From IMG/VR virus record IMGVR_UViG_3300005537_000023, positions 9,233 through 73,232 of that record: a DNA stretch of 64,000 nucleotides. One strand, 5' to 3'. Every line of letters starts with the position of its first letter. Position 1 is the stretch's first letter. Below the pieces are notes generated by a model. That model saw only the letters and a program-made list of their open reading frames with translations. It had not been told where the DNA came from and searched no databases. The DNA comes from a virus. Below, one piece after another: positions 27,099 to 36,590 of this stretch. Position numbers and translations under genes: made by a program.

Positions 27099-28054
27099 GC
27101 CTCATCTCCACCGACGTCGCTTCCTCCACCCTCGGCGATGCCTCCACCACGGCAGACGTGGACGCAGCCGTCATGGAGATGACGAAGAACGGCGGCGTGC
27201 CGGACTACATCGCGAAGAACTTCTGGCGCTGGGTGGAGATCACCGGCGGCGGCCACACCCTTCGCTTCCTCGCCGCACCCACGTGCTACGCGATCGGAGA
27301 TGAGGACGCTCCCTTCTTCTGCGCGCGCGGCACCCCCTACGGCGCGCAGGCGATCGCGGACTACTGGGATTGCATCCTCCCGAGCCGCGTCCTCTTGCGC
27401 CACATCCAGGCGTCCAGCGATCCGTCGATCCGCTACATCGACGTCAAGGGCGCGCCGTACAACATCCCGCTTGCGAAGATCGAGACGCCAGCGGCAACGC
27501 AGGCGGCGAGCGATGCGGCCAACGCGAAGTTTGCGAGCCTCGGCGCCAACCCCGGCGATGGCCTGTCCGTCGGCTTCAAGAAATCGATCGTGGTTGGGCC
27601 GAATCTCGACGGCTCGCACGTGGCCATCTACGGCGGCATCGGCGGCGGCTACGATCCGCCGTGGAATGTTGTGCAGCCGTACAGCACGATCCACGGCAGT
27701 GCGTACGGCGACTACTCGCACGGCATCACGCTCGTCTCGCGCAAGTGCCAGTTGGATGGCAGCGACGCGGACCTACGCTTCGACGTCTTCGGCTCCACCG
27801 ATCCGACCATCTACGGCCTCGTGACGGATCAGAGCCGCTTCGATCCCATCTTCCCCAACGCCGGCCCGGACTCGCGCGCTGAATTCAGCGGCGGAAGCGC
27901 CGCACCCTCGGGGCCGCGATCGCCTGGTGGCGGCTTCAAGCCGACGGGGCCGACGACGCATCCAGCCGCGCAGGCGAGCGGTGGACTTTCCATGCCGGCG
28001 AAGATCGGCATCGCTGCGGTGATTGGCGCCGCGGCGTGGTATGCGATTGGGTGA
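27095..28054 (+). CDS. Uncharacterised enzyme-like protein with C-terminal TM anchor
   Basis: AQAIADYWDCILPS...GFKKSIV...VAIYG...VQPYSTIH...DYSHGITLV; C-terminal hydrophobic helix. Confidence 0.7.
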   Translation: MSLISTDVASSTLGDASTTADVDAAVMEMTKNGGVPDYIAKNFWRWVEITGGGHTLRFLAAPTCYAIGDEDAPFFCARGTPYGAQAIADYWDCILPSRVLLRHIQASSDPSIRYIDVKGAPYNIPLAKIETPAATQAASDAANAKFASLGANPGDGLSVGFKKSIVVGPNLDGSHVAIYGGIGGGYDPPWNVVQPYSTIHGSAYGDYSHGITLVSRKCQLDGSDADLRFDVFGSTDPTIYGLVTDQSRFDPIFPNAGPDSRAEFSGGSAAPSGPRSPGGGFKPTGPTTHPAAQASGGLSMPAKIGIAAVIGAAAWYAIG

Positions 28055-28059
28055 GGCGC

Positions 28060-28191
28060 ATGCATTTCATTCGACTCGGCAAATTCGTTGGAGTTGGCGC
28101 GGTGATCGGCGACTGCGATTGCGGCCATTCGGTGCTCTACCACCTACCGCTCGCCGGTTGCCTGAAGTGCGACTGCGACGAATTCCATTGA
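28060..28191 (+). CDS. Tiny Cys/His-rich protein (43 aa; not in ORF track)
   Basis: GAGG RBS; MHFIRLGKFVGVGAVIGDCDCGH...H...CLKCDC. Confidence 0.5.
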   Translation: MHFIRLGKFVGVGAVIGDCDCGHSVLYHLPLAGCLKCDCDEFH

Positions 28192-28194
28192 CCC

Positions 28195-28413
28195 ATGGCC
28201 TTCCGCGGCGCCTTTCATCTCCCCGTTGCGCACCGGCCGGTGATGCAGGTGCCGAAGCGAGGCGCGTTGTGCATCACGTGCGTCGCCATTCGCCAGCACG
28301 AAGACGGCTCGTACCACTGCGCTTCGCGGTACTTCCAAGAGTACATGCGGACGAGTAAACTGCCGTACCCGCCCGATCAGATGTGCAGCGATTGGTACGA
28401 GCCGAGGGAGTAG
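28195..28413 (+). CDS. Small Cys-rich protein
   Basis: CITC...C...CSDWYEP. Confidence 0.55.
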   Translation: MAFRGAFHLPVAHRPVMQVPKRGALCITCVAIRQHEDGSYHCASRYFQEYMRTSKLPYPPDQMCSDWYEPRE

Positions 28414-28415
28414 CC

Positions 28416-28946
28416 ATGCCATACCGCCACGGATTCAGTGAAGAGTCCATCCACCACAACATCGCCCTCTTCATCCGCGAGGGCTACCCGCAAGATCAGG
28501 CCGTCGCCATGGCCCTCGACATCGCGCGCAAGGCGTGGCGGCGGGAGCATCCGCGTGGCAACTACCCGGCGCACTTGAAGGGGATGCGGGGGCCGAGGAA
28601 GAGGCGGAGGGGGAAGCGGGCGCGGAGGAATCGCGCCTCGTCATCCGCAACACTGCAACTCGGCCCAGGTAGAGAGATGCCGGAGAATACGGCCATCCTG
28701 CGGCGGTCAACGTTGAAGGCGCGATACGCCGCCGGCGATCTGAATGGAGCGGTCAAGTCGGCCGGGCACTACGCGCGCAAGCACCGGCGGACGATGTACG
28801 TGTACGAGGGCAATTCGTACATGCACCGCGCGTTTCGCGTCAGCGACAAGCCGAGTGAATACCTGAGTCCGATCAACAATACCGGCGATCGCGTTGTGTC
28901 GGTGACGCCCGATCTCATCGTGTCGATTCACGAAGTCTACCGATGA
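28416..28946 (+). CDS. Basic phage protein
   Basis: NIALFIREGYPQDQAVAMAL resembles a common small phage domain; Arg/Lys tract. Confidence 0.6.
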   Translation: MPYRHGFSEESIHHNIALFIREGYPQDQAVAMALDIARKAWRREHPRGNYPAHLKGMRGPRKRRRGKRARRNRASSSATLQLGPGREMPENTAILRRSTLKARYAAGDLNGAVKSAGHYARKHRRTMYVYEGNSYMHRAFRVSDKPSEYLSPINNTGDRVVSVTPDLIVSIHEVYR

Positions 28947-29167
28947 CCCCCCACGCCCTCGCCACCCTCTTCTGGCTCCTCGCCCTCGTCGCCTTCCTCG
29001 CGCACGGCTGGGGCCTTTCCGGCCTCGGCCCCATCCCCGGCGTTGCCCCCGATTGGGCGTATCGCGCGGGCGCGGCGGCCGGGTACCCGCTGGCGGTGGC
29101 GTTTGCGTGCGTGGCGATGGCGCTGCACGCGGTAGGATGGAAGCGTGGCCGCGCCGATTCCGCCTGA
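28943..29167 (+). CDS. Small membrane protein (2 TM)
   Basis: Two hydrophobic helices. Confidence 0.55.
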   Translation: MTPHALATLFWLLALVAFLAHGWGLSGLGPIPGVAPDWAYRAGAAAGYPLAVAFACVAMALHAVGWKRGRADSA

Positions 29168-30308
29168 GTACGACACCGACGACGCCGATCCCCTCGTGGA
29201 CGCGCCCGCCCTCACAGCGCCCCCACCGCCGAAGTCCTACGAGTGCACCGCGTGCCTCCGCCGCGTTGCCGCGCGCGTCACCCGCTGTCCTTGCTGCAAC
29301 CAGATCGCAACGTGGCAGCCGTCCGACGAGCCGCCCGAGGTGCGCAAATTCAAGCTCGCGCGCCCGGCGCCGCAACCGTCCTTTTTCGGCCGTGGCCTCT
29401 CCCACGTCCCCGCCGGCCTCGTGTCCGCGTGGATGTCGGGCGGCCCGAAGGTGGACGCACGCATCTCGCTGCCGGGCGCAGGGGCGAAAGAGGCCGAGAG
29501 GGAAGGGCCGGCGAAGGCGCGTCCGCGGCTGCTCGCCAACGTGGAGTACGAGAAGCGCGATCGATTCACCACCGGCATCATCCCCGTGGACATCGCCTTC
29601 GGTGGCAAAGACGATCCGGGCATTCCCATCGGCGCCTCGTACATGCTCGCGAGTCCGCCCAACGCAGGGAAGTCCTCGATCGCCCTTCGCATCTGCGCCG
29701 CGATCGCCCAGCGCTACGGCGTGCCCGTCCTCTACGTCACCACGCCGGACGAGATGGGCGTAGACATGGTGGCCGAGTACGCGCGCGAAAGAGGCATCTG
29801 GCGCGAGTACCCATCGGCGGCGCGCTTCCTCCAGGTGGCGGTGGCCGAGACGGTGGAGGAGTCGATCGCGCTGGTCGACGAGGTGGATGCGCCCTTCTAC
29901 GTCCTCGATTCCACCAACGGCGGGCTCACGACGAGCAACCCCACCGTCAGCGGGAGCAAGGATTCGATCCTGCTCTACATCTCGAAGCTGCACGCGCACC
30001 GCTGCGGCAGGAAGATCGCGAAGTGGAAGGAAGCGCCGGGGCGCACCGGCCTCATCCTCGCGCACGGCACGAAAGACGGGGACATGTCCGGGCCACTCGC
30101 CGCGCGCCACAACGTGGACGGTACCTTCCTGCTCGAATACTTCGACCCCGCGACGGGCTGGGCGCTGGAGCCGCGCGCGCGCAAGGAATGGGTGCGCCTG
30201 ATCCAAGAGAAGTCGCGCGTATCCCCACCGCCGCCGCAAGGGCTTCTCCTCGCCTTCTACACGGACCAGAAGCGCGGCCCCGTGCCCGCGCAGCCATCCA
30301 CCGAATGA
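29145..30308 (+). CDS. RadA/Sms-like RecA-fold ATPase lacking the Lon-like domain
   Basis: N-terminal C4 finger YECTAC...RCPCC; TGIIPVDIAFGG; Walker A SPPNAGKS; VLDS; HGTKDGDMSGPLAARHNVD. Confidence 0.8.
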   Translation: MAAPIPPEYDTDDADPLVDAPALTAPPPPKSYECTACLRRVAARVTRCPCCNQIATWQPSDEPPEVRKFKLARPAPQPSFFGRGLSHVPAGLVSAWMSGGPKVDARISLPGAGAKEAEREGPAKARPRLLANVEYEKRDRFTTGIIPVDIAFGGKDDPGIPIGASYMLASPPNAGKSSIALRICAAIAQRYGVPVLYVTTPDEMGVDMVAEYARERGIWREYPSAARFLQVAVAETVEESIALVDEVDAPFYVLDSTNGGLTTSNPTVSGSKDSILLYISKLHAHRCGRKIAKWKEAPGRTGLILAHGTKDGDMSGPLAARHNVDGTFLLEYFDPATGWALEPRARKEWVRLIQEKSRVSPPPPQGLLLAFYTDQKRGPVPAQPSTE

Positions 30309-30417
30309 CGGCGTGAGGGCGAGTGACGGCAAGTCCTCGCCGTGGTTGCGCATGCCGCAGCGGTAGGCTTCACCTCAGCGCAAAGCCCCGCGTGGGTGCG
30401 CGAGGAGAGTCAAGCCG

Positions 30418-32415
30418 ATGGCGCTGGTGAATACGGCAAACAACCCCAACGGTGTCCTTGGCCTCGGCCAGTCCGCAGCGATGGATCAGTACGTCACCTT
30501 CGGCGGGCGTACGCTGCCGCCGGACGAAAACGCGATCCTCGCCTCGTTCAACTCGCTTACCGGCGTGGTGGCCACCGTTGCCCCGCTGCTCCCTCTCTCC
30601 CCCGCTGGCAACGACGGCGCCTCCATCACCGCCGCACTCCAGTCCGGCGACGTCGTCCTCCAGCAGGGCGCCACGTACAACATTCAGACGGCAATCAACC
30701 TCAATGGCCTGACGGATCGTACGCTCGATCTGAACGGCGCGAAGCTCGTCGGAAAGTTCAGCGGCGTCCTCACGGTGGCGAACTCCGTCATCTTCGGCCA
30801 GGCAGTCAACGCGGCGCTGGCCCCGACAACCTGCAACGGCACGCCCGTGGTCGGATCGAACCAGCTTGTTGTTACGCTTGCTGCTGGAATCGTTGCGGGC
30901 AACTCGATCAAGGTGGTTTCGGCCGCGTCCGCAAACCTCGTTGCTGTCTACCGAGTGACGTTGGTGGTGGCGAACACACTCACTCTCGACCGGCCGATCC
31001 TACTGCCGTTTGCGAACCTCGACGTTGTTACGCTCTTGCAGTCGGTCCCGACGAGGCTCGTCATCATCGGTCGCGGCGCGGTCATCACGGGCGACTCGTT
31101 CGCCGCGATCGACATCCTGCACGCATACCAGTGCTCGGTTGTAGGGCCGATCTATGCGGACGTCGAGGGTGGCCACGGCCCCCTGCGCGGCTTCGCACTC
31201 GACATCGGCTCGTTCTCGTCGTCAATGTCGCAGACCTACGTCGACGGATACGACCACTCGTCTAACACGGACTTCCCGGACTTCGGCGTGGCGATGCTAG
31301 GTACCGAGCAGTGCTCGGTCATGGATAGCCGCGCCGGACACTGCAACGTGGCCGGCCTCATCTGCCTCGACGGCTACCAGTCGCGCATGTCCCGGTGCGA
31401 CGGCTACTCGTGCAACACCGCGCTTGCGTCTGCGGCGGCGTTCGGCACGCAAGCTGTCGCGGCGACGACGCAGGGGTGCGAGGACTGCGAGTTCGATTCG
31501 ATCTCTGGAAGCCAGTCCGTCTTCGGCGTCGCGGTAACGAATGCGACGCGGTGCACGTGGCGCAACGTCAGATCGATCGGATGTACGACGAGAAACCTCG
31601 ACGTTGGAGGCGGCGCTACGGCATGCATGGACTGTGTGTTCGATGGAGTGTCCGTCGGCATAGGGACCCCTACGACCGCGTCGATTCTCGTCAGCGCTAC
31701 GGTCGTGAGGCCGTCGTTCTTCAACGTTCGTTTCAGCGGCGTCCTTGGCACGGCGGCATGCATGTCTCTAGGCTGTCCTGGCGCTCTGAGAGGACTGATT
31801 GCGATCTCTTCAAACACTACGACCGGCACCGTCCTAGTGACGTCTGGCGCCGCAGACGACGACACAGTCATCTCGGACGTCAGAATCACGCTGAAAGCGT
31901 CGGCAGCAAACACGATCGGTGTCAACGTTCAGAACAGCGCCGGAAGAGTTTTCATCAGAAACGCTCTGATCGCACTCGGCGTAGCGAGCGACGTCGGTAT
32001 CTTCCAGAACGGTATCTGCGTCGTGGAGATGGACGACGTGACCGTGTCGAATCCGAACGCCGTCGCGACAACCGTGGGGTTCATCGCGAACGGCGCGACA
32101 TCCGTCACGAGGCGCAAGGGCAGGATCAACATGTCCGCCACCGCTACTCCGTTCACGCTCGTGCAGTCGGACGTGGGAACGTTCACCACGAATGGCGCGG
32201 TGGCAGTAACGGTGCCGTTCAAGGATATCCCAGACGTCACCGGCGGAGGCGTGGCGCCGGTGAGTTTGACGGGCGCCAAGGTGAATACGTGGATGATCGC
32301 GGCAGCTGGCACGCCCGCACCTGATCAGACGATCGTTATCACGCTCGCCACTGGGTTTACGTCCACCGGGAAGAACCTAGATACGTCCGTCCGCGGATAC
32401 AAGGTTATGGACTGA
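30418..32415 (+). CDS. Spike/receptor-binding protein with right-handed beta-helix
   Basis: GAGGAG RBS; pectin-lyase-like opening (NDGASITAAL...GATYNI...LDLNGAKL); Val/Asn/Cys beta repeats. Confidence 0.75.
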   Translation: MALVNTANNPNGVLGLGQSAAMDQYVTFGGRTLPPDENAILASFNSLTGVVATVAPLLPLSPAGNDGASITAALQSGDVVLQQGATYNIQTAINLNGLTDRTLDLNGAKLVGKFSGVLTVANSVIFGQAVNAALAPTTCNGTPVVGSNQLVVTLAAGIVAGNSIKVVSAASANLVAVYRVTLVVANTLTLDRPILLPFANLDVVTLLQSVPTRLVIIGRGAVITGDSFAAIDILHAYQCSVVGPIYADVEGGHGPLRGFALDIGSFSSSMSQTYVDGYDHSSNTDFPDFGVAMLGTEQCSVMDSRAGHCNVAGLICLDGYQSRMSRCDGYSCNTALASAAAFGTQAVAATTQGCEDCEFDSISGSQSVFGVAVTNATRCTWRNVRSIGCTTRNLDVGGGATACMDCVFDGVSVGIGTPTTASILVSATVVRPSFFNVRFSGVLGTAACMSLGCPGALRGLIAISSNTTTGTVLVTSGAADDDTVISDVRITLKASAANTIGVNVQNSAGRVFIRNALIALGVASDVGIFQNGICVVEMDDVTVSNPNAVATTVGFIANGATSVTRRKGRINMSATATPFTLVQSDVGTFTTNGAVAVTVPFKDIPDVTGGGVAPVSLTGAKVNTWMIAAAGTPAPDQTIVITLATGFTSTGKNLDTSVRGYKVMD

Positions 32416-32437
32416 GAGAGAAAACGCAGGCCGCAGC

Positions 32438-32776
32438 ATGTCTACCAAAACAGATCACGGAGATCACGAGCGAGGAACGTTCGTGCACCCTTGCGACAAC
32501 AACTCGTACAGGTACCCGTCCAGCATCGAGTCCGAGCATCACGTTGGGTTTGACGGAAGGCCAATATACTCCAAGGCTCAGAGAGGCGCGCTCAAGCTTG
32601 TGAGTGATCTACCAGTGACCTCGACAGATGACGAACACGTCCCGTCGTTCGTTGGCCATGAGAGACATTACTATCTTGATACAACTGTATCAGTAAATGA
32701 GTCAGTCGTACACGCAGAACCTCTGACTGATGCGCAAGACGCGCAAGACGCAGAGAGTAAGAATGGCGCTGCGTAA
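32438..32776 (+). CDS. Acidic His-rich hypothetical protein (possible spike chaperone)
   Basis: Lies between the two spike genes; AT-richer codons. Confidence 0.5.
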   Translation: MSTKTDHGDHERGTFVHPCDNNSYRYPSSIESEHHVGFDGRPIYSKAQRGALKLVSDLPVTSTDDEHVPSFVGHERHYYLDTTVSVNESVVHAEPLTDAQDAQDAESKNGAA

Positions 32777-34685
32777 CAATGGAATTGACGCCAGCGGCGT
32801 GATAGGGCTCATATCTGTTGCGTCATTTGATGACTACCAAACGTCTGGTAGTAGGACTCTTCCTGGCGATGAGTCGGCAATTGTAAAAACAATTGACAGC
32901 ATTTCGTCAGTTCTAAATACGGTAGTTCCTGCATCTGGAGTCAGGACCATGTGGTTTGGTGACTCCATCACCGGACTAGGAGGTACCGGAGCGGCCGTGT
33001 CCGCTAGGGACCAGTTCTGGACAGACTCTAGGTCTAGAGGTCTAGACGTTCGTGCGTTCGCTCGTACGTATCAGGGAACCGTCGGGGAGCCTCACCCATA
33101 CGAGCCATGGTCGGACGGAAACAGCGGATACATGATCGAGGATCTCACCGCCCTCATGGGCGGTGCGCCAACCATCACCGCTCCGTCTCCTCTCACGAAG
33201 AACTTCATCGGCCTGAACGGCCAGCCGGACCTGATCGTACTCGGAGCAGGAACAAACAACATTGACACGTCTGGCGATTCGGCCGCGACGTGCGAAACGA
33301 AGCTGACGACGCTGCTTGCGCAGATCACCGCGACGTGCCCGAACGCGCGCGTCATCGTCACGACGATCCCGAGTTTCTATTCGCCCGCGACGCCCTCCGG
33401 CGGGATCGCGGCGGCGAATGCGAGCGTCGCTGCGTACAACGCATGGATTCTCGCCAACGTCCCCGGACTCAGCCCTCTCTATTCGGTAGTTGATCCTACG
33501 CCGCAATGGTCCAACGATACGGCGTACCCACCGGACGGGACACACCTCACGGAGGAGGGGGCGGCAGCCAGGGGCAGGTCCGTCACGGACGAGGCTGCCA
33601 GGCTATTCTCTGGCAGACGAGGCCCGGTATCCCCGAGGCCGTTCAAACCTCGCTCTCAGCAGGCATCCGTCCGGCTGCCGACCGCAGGCACTAGCAAGAT
33701 ACAGACGAATGCGCCGGATGCTGGATGGATTTTGCCCGCGGCAAGCTTCGCTGTCGGTGCGCGCATCCAGATACTCGGACTCAGTGCTGGGGTAGACAAC
33801 TACGTTTTTTCGTCCTGTCCCGTCGGAGGCAACGGGCCGGCTAACGGGTTCTCAGTCACGATCGACGCGTCGGTAAGTCCGCCCAAGTGGACTATCTATC
33901 TGAAAGGTATCGCGGGCGCCGCTGCCTCGTTCGCTGCTCCAGTCGTGGCCGATCTTCCAATATGGCTGTCCTGGCACGTGGATGACGTAGCGCGCACGAT
34001 CACTCTCTGGATCGCTATGCCGCACAGCCTGTCTGTCGCCGGCTCCGTGTACGTGTGCGCATGCGTTGGCGGCGCGACAGGGATAGCGGCGTTCTCACAA
34101 GGAGATCCTAACCCTCTCTTCAACATCGGCACAGACAGCACTGGCGTTCGTGGTGGCCCAGCCATGATCGTGGACAACGTCTGGATGGCGAGCGGAAAGA
34201 ACCTGCCAGGTGTTTTCTCTTTCCGGCCTGCGTTCGAGGCGTGGGTATACGACGGTACGGACATTCCAGGAGTGACTGCGTCTCTACACTGCGCGGAGGG
34301 TACAGGAGCCGTCGTCGCCAGCGGAAGCGGAGGCCAGTCAGCGACGATAGCCACTGGAGACTGGAGCGCTTCGGGTGAAGTGTCGTGGCCGAGCGACGAG
34401 AACGGGGATGCCACTCCTACCGCGTGGACTACGGTAGACATGAACGACGCTAATCAAGTCCTTCCGTCATCTTCGTTCAACGCCACGACGATTGAGCTGA
34501 CGGGTCCAATGACGGGGGACCACACGATTACTCTACCAAGAAGGAAGGGGAGGATCGTAACTCTAAATAATAAGACGATCGGTGGACACAACACCCCAGG
34601 GATTGGACTTACTGGAGTAAGCGCCGGGGGCTCTCCTGGCATATCCAGGGTGTACTGGGACGGAGTGAACTTCGTGCCTGCCTAA
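32763..34685 (+). CDS. Spike/receptor-binding protein with SGNH hydrolase and lectin-like domains
   Basis: WFGDSIT, GNSGY, LGAGTNN, PDGTHL blocks, then a ConA/LamG-like beta region. Confidence 0.8.
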   Translation: MALRNNGIDASGVIGLISVASFDDYQTSGSRTLPGDESAIVKTIDSISSVLNTVVPASGVRTMWFGDSITGLGGTGAAVSARDQFWTDSRSRGLDVRAFARTYQGTVGEPHPYEPWSDGNSGYMIEDLTALMGGAPTITAPSPLTKNFIGLNGQPDLIVLGAGTNNIDTSGDSAATCETKLTTLLAQITATCPNARVIVTTIPSFYSPATPSGGIAAANASVAAYNAWILANVPGLSPLYSVVDPTPQWSNDTAYPPDGTHLTEEGAAARGRSVTDEAARLFSGRRGPVSPRPFKPRSQQASVRLPTAGTSKIQTNAPDAGWILPAASFAVGARIQILGLSAGVDNYVFSSCPVGGNGPANGFSVTIDASVSPPKWTIYLKGIAGAAASFAAPVVADLPIWLSWHVDDVARTITLWIAMPHSLSVAGSVYVCACVGGATGIAAFSQGDPNPLFNIGTDSTGVRGGPAMIVDNVWMASGKNLPGVFSFRPAFEAWVYDGTDIPGVTASLHCAEGTGAVVASGSGGQSATIATGDWSASGEVSWPSDENGDATPTAWTTVDMNDANQVLPSSSFNATTIELTGPMTGDHTITLPRRKGRIVTLNNKTIGGHNTPGIGLTGVSAGGSPGISRVYWDGVNFVPA

Positions 34686-34692
34686 TCAAGAT

Positions 34693-35328
34693 TCACCACC
34701 AATTCACCGCCGTCCCCACCGTCGGACACTGCGCCACATCCGATCCCGCCTGCGCATACCTCCCCGCCACCGTCCCTCCCCAGCACCACGTAGCCGTCCG
34801 CGAGTCCCCTGGCGGCGTGATGAATAGGCGCGAGACGCAGTTAGCATCCCCGCTCGCCGCCGGCGTCACCGACACGCCATCGCATCGCACTGGCGTCTGC
34901 GGCCCCCACGTCCACGTCACGGGCGTGGTGGCGATCGCGTGATCCATCTGCTCGGCCACGAGGGCGGCGCTGTACGTGCCCGGATCGTCTGCGTTGCCAG
35001 TGGGCAGGCATGAGTTGAAGTCCACTGCCTCGCCGATTGGGCAGTGATGCGCATACGGCCCCTCGCACGGCGTGGCGTCGTAACCGATCGCGCCGCCATC
35101 CTCGCTCGCCACGGCGTCCACGGTGCCCCCCGGCGCCGAATCCTCCCCCGCCACCCCACCCGCATCCTCCCCCGCCGTCTCCCCCTGCTTCGCCTCGGCC
35201 ACGTCGAAGCTGGCGCCGCTGCACCCAGCCAGCATCCACACGGCGGCGATGAAGGCGACGGCGCCGCAGAGGAAGGCGAGGAGGCGGCAGAGGACGTGTT
35301 TCCACAAGGCCAATGGATGCGGCAACAT
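34693..35328 (-). CDS. Cys-rich lipoprotein (myxobacterial style)
   Basis: MLAGC lipobox; EDAG/EDSA/EDGG linker; paired Cys. Confidence 0.65.
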   Translation of the reverse strand: MLPHPLALWKHVLCRLLAFLCGAVAFIAAVWMLAGCSGASFDVAEAKQGETAGEDAGGVAGEDSAPGGTVDAVASEDGGAIGYDATPCEGPYAHHCPIGEAVDFNSCLPTGNADDPGTYSAALVAEQMDHAIATTPVTWTWGPQTPVRCDGVSVTPAASGDANCVSRLFITPPGDSRTATWCWGGTVAGRYAQAGSDVAQCPTVGTAVNWW

Positions 35329-35330
35329 GG

Positions 35331-35645
35331 CTATTCCTCCACCGTCTCCACGAAAATCTCCGCCGCTTCGAGGGCGTTGCAGGCAAGAGAGGTGATGCGC
35401 TTGCGGGCGCCCTCCGCAGTAATGTCGTCCTCGCCGAGGCCGTCCAGATCGCGCGGCGACATCCGCTGCACGAAAATCTCCCACGCCTTGGCGTTGAGTC
35501 GGGCCTCGCGGGCCTTGGACGCCTGCGCGGCGTCGGCCTCGGCGCGCTCCTTCTTCCAAGCCGCCTCTGCCTTTTCGTACTCGGCCTGCGCTTCCGGCGT
35601 GCGGTTGGATGGCGTGGGCGGCACCGGCGGGACGGGGCGGGACAT
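35331..35645 (-). CDS. Hypothetical protein
   Basis: GGAGG RBS, TAATG coupling. Confidence 0.6.
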   Translation of the reverse strand: MSRPVPPVPPTPSNRTPEAQAEYEKAEAAWKKERAEADAAQASKAREARLNAKAWEIFVQRMSPRDLDGLGEDDITAEGARKRITSLACNALEAAEIFVETVEE

Positions 35646-36520
35646 TATTCACCTCCGTGCGCCGCGAGCTTGGCGCGCGTGATCGACGTCTGCTTCGTGC
35701 TCTTGTACTCTCCGTGGCCCTTGATCGTCGCCGCCACGATGCGGAGCCGGTCGCCCTTGTCAAAGCCGTGGTAGTGGCCGTCTTCCTCCCAGAATCCGAT
35801 GCCGCTCGTCGTGCCCCACACGAGGATTTCCCCCGTGCCAACCACCGCGAAGTTGGCGAGGCGCTTGATGCCGTAGGCGGACTCGAAAACCGGGCCGCCG
35901 AGGTAGATGACGTCCAGGTTGCGGACGCGCGCGCCGACGCCGCCGAAGTGCGAGGACACCGGAAGAGACGCCGTAAGCCAGGCCTCGCCGAGGATGTCCA
36001 CCTCGGCATCCGTGAGGCCATCACGCTGGCCCTCGGTGAGGGCGGCCACGATCACCTTGACACGCGAGGCGGTCCATTCGCTCGTACGCGCGTCGGCGAG
36101 GACAACCGCGCACGCGTGAAGCGTCAGCGCGTGGTCAATCACGTTGGCGGCGGCTACCTTGGCGCGCAACTCCGATTCCGCGCGCTCCCGCGCCTCACGC
36201 TCCGGGCGCGCGGCCTCCCACAGCGATCGCTCGTACGCACGCTTCGCCGCCTTCTCCTCGCGGCGCATGGACGCGATAAGCTCCGTGTCGCCCGTCTTCT
36301 GGACGCAATCGCAGCCCACCTTGAAGGCCACGCCATCCGTGCTGGTGATGGTGTACGAGTGACGGATGGACGTCCCGCAGACGTCGCACGAGCCGCCGGC
36401 CTTGGTGTAGCCGTCCGGGCCAACCCAAACCAACTCCTGATAGCCGGTGCAGCGGTAGGGCGCGCGCCCGAAGCCGGCACGCTCGAAAGGATGCACCCAG
36501 GTAGACGCGGCTGCTTCCAT
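35645..36520 (-). CDS. Zinc-binding plus OB-fold phage protein
   Basis: SCDVCG...VGCDCV; C-terminal IKGHGEYKSTKQTSITR. Confidence 0.7.
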   Translation of the reverse strand: MEAAASTWVHPFERAGFGRAPYRCTGYQELVWVGPDGYTKAGGSCDVCGTSIRHSYTITSTDGVAFKVGCDCVQKTGDTELIASMRREEKAAKRAYERSLWEAARPEREARERAESELRAKVAAANVIDHALTLHACAVVLADARTSEWTASRVKVIVAALTEGQRDGLTDAEVDILGEAWLTASLPVSSHFGGVGARVRNLDVIYLGGPVFESAYGIKRLANFAVVGTGEILVWGTTSGIGFWEEDGHYHGFDKGDRLRIVAATIKGHGEYKSTKQTSITRAKLAAHGGE

Positions 36521-36590
36521 CTCCACACCCTCCATTCGCCCTGTCAGACGGGGCTTGCCGGGTAGTATTCACCGTGGTAACTGTACCGCC

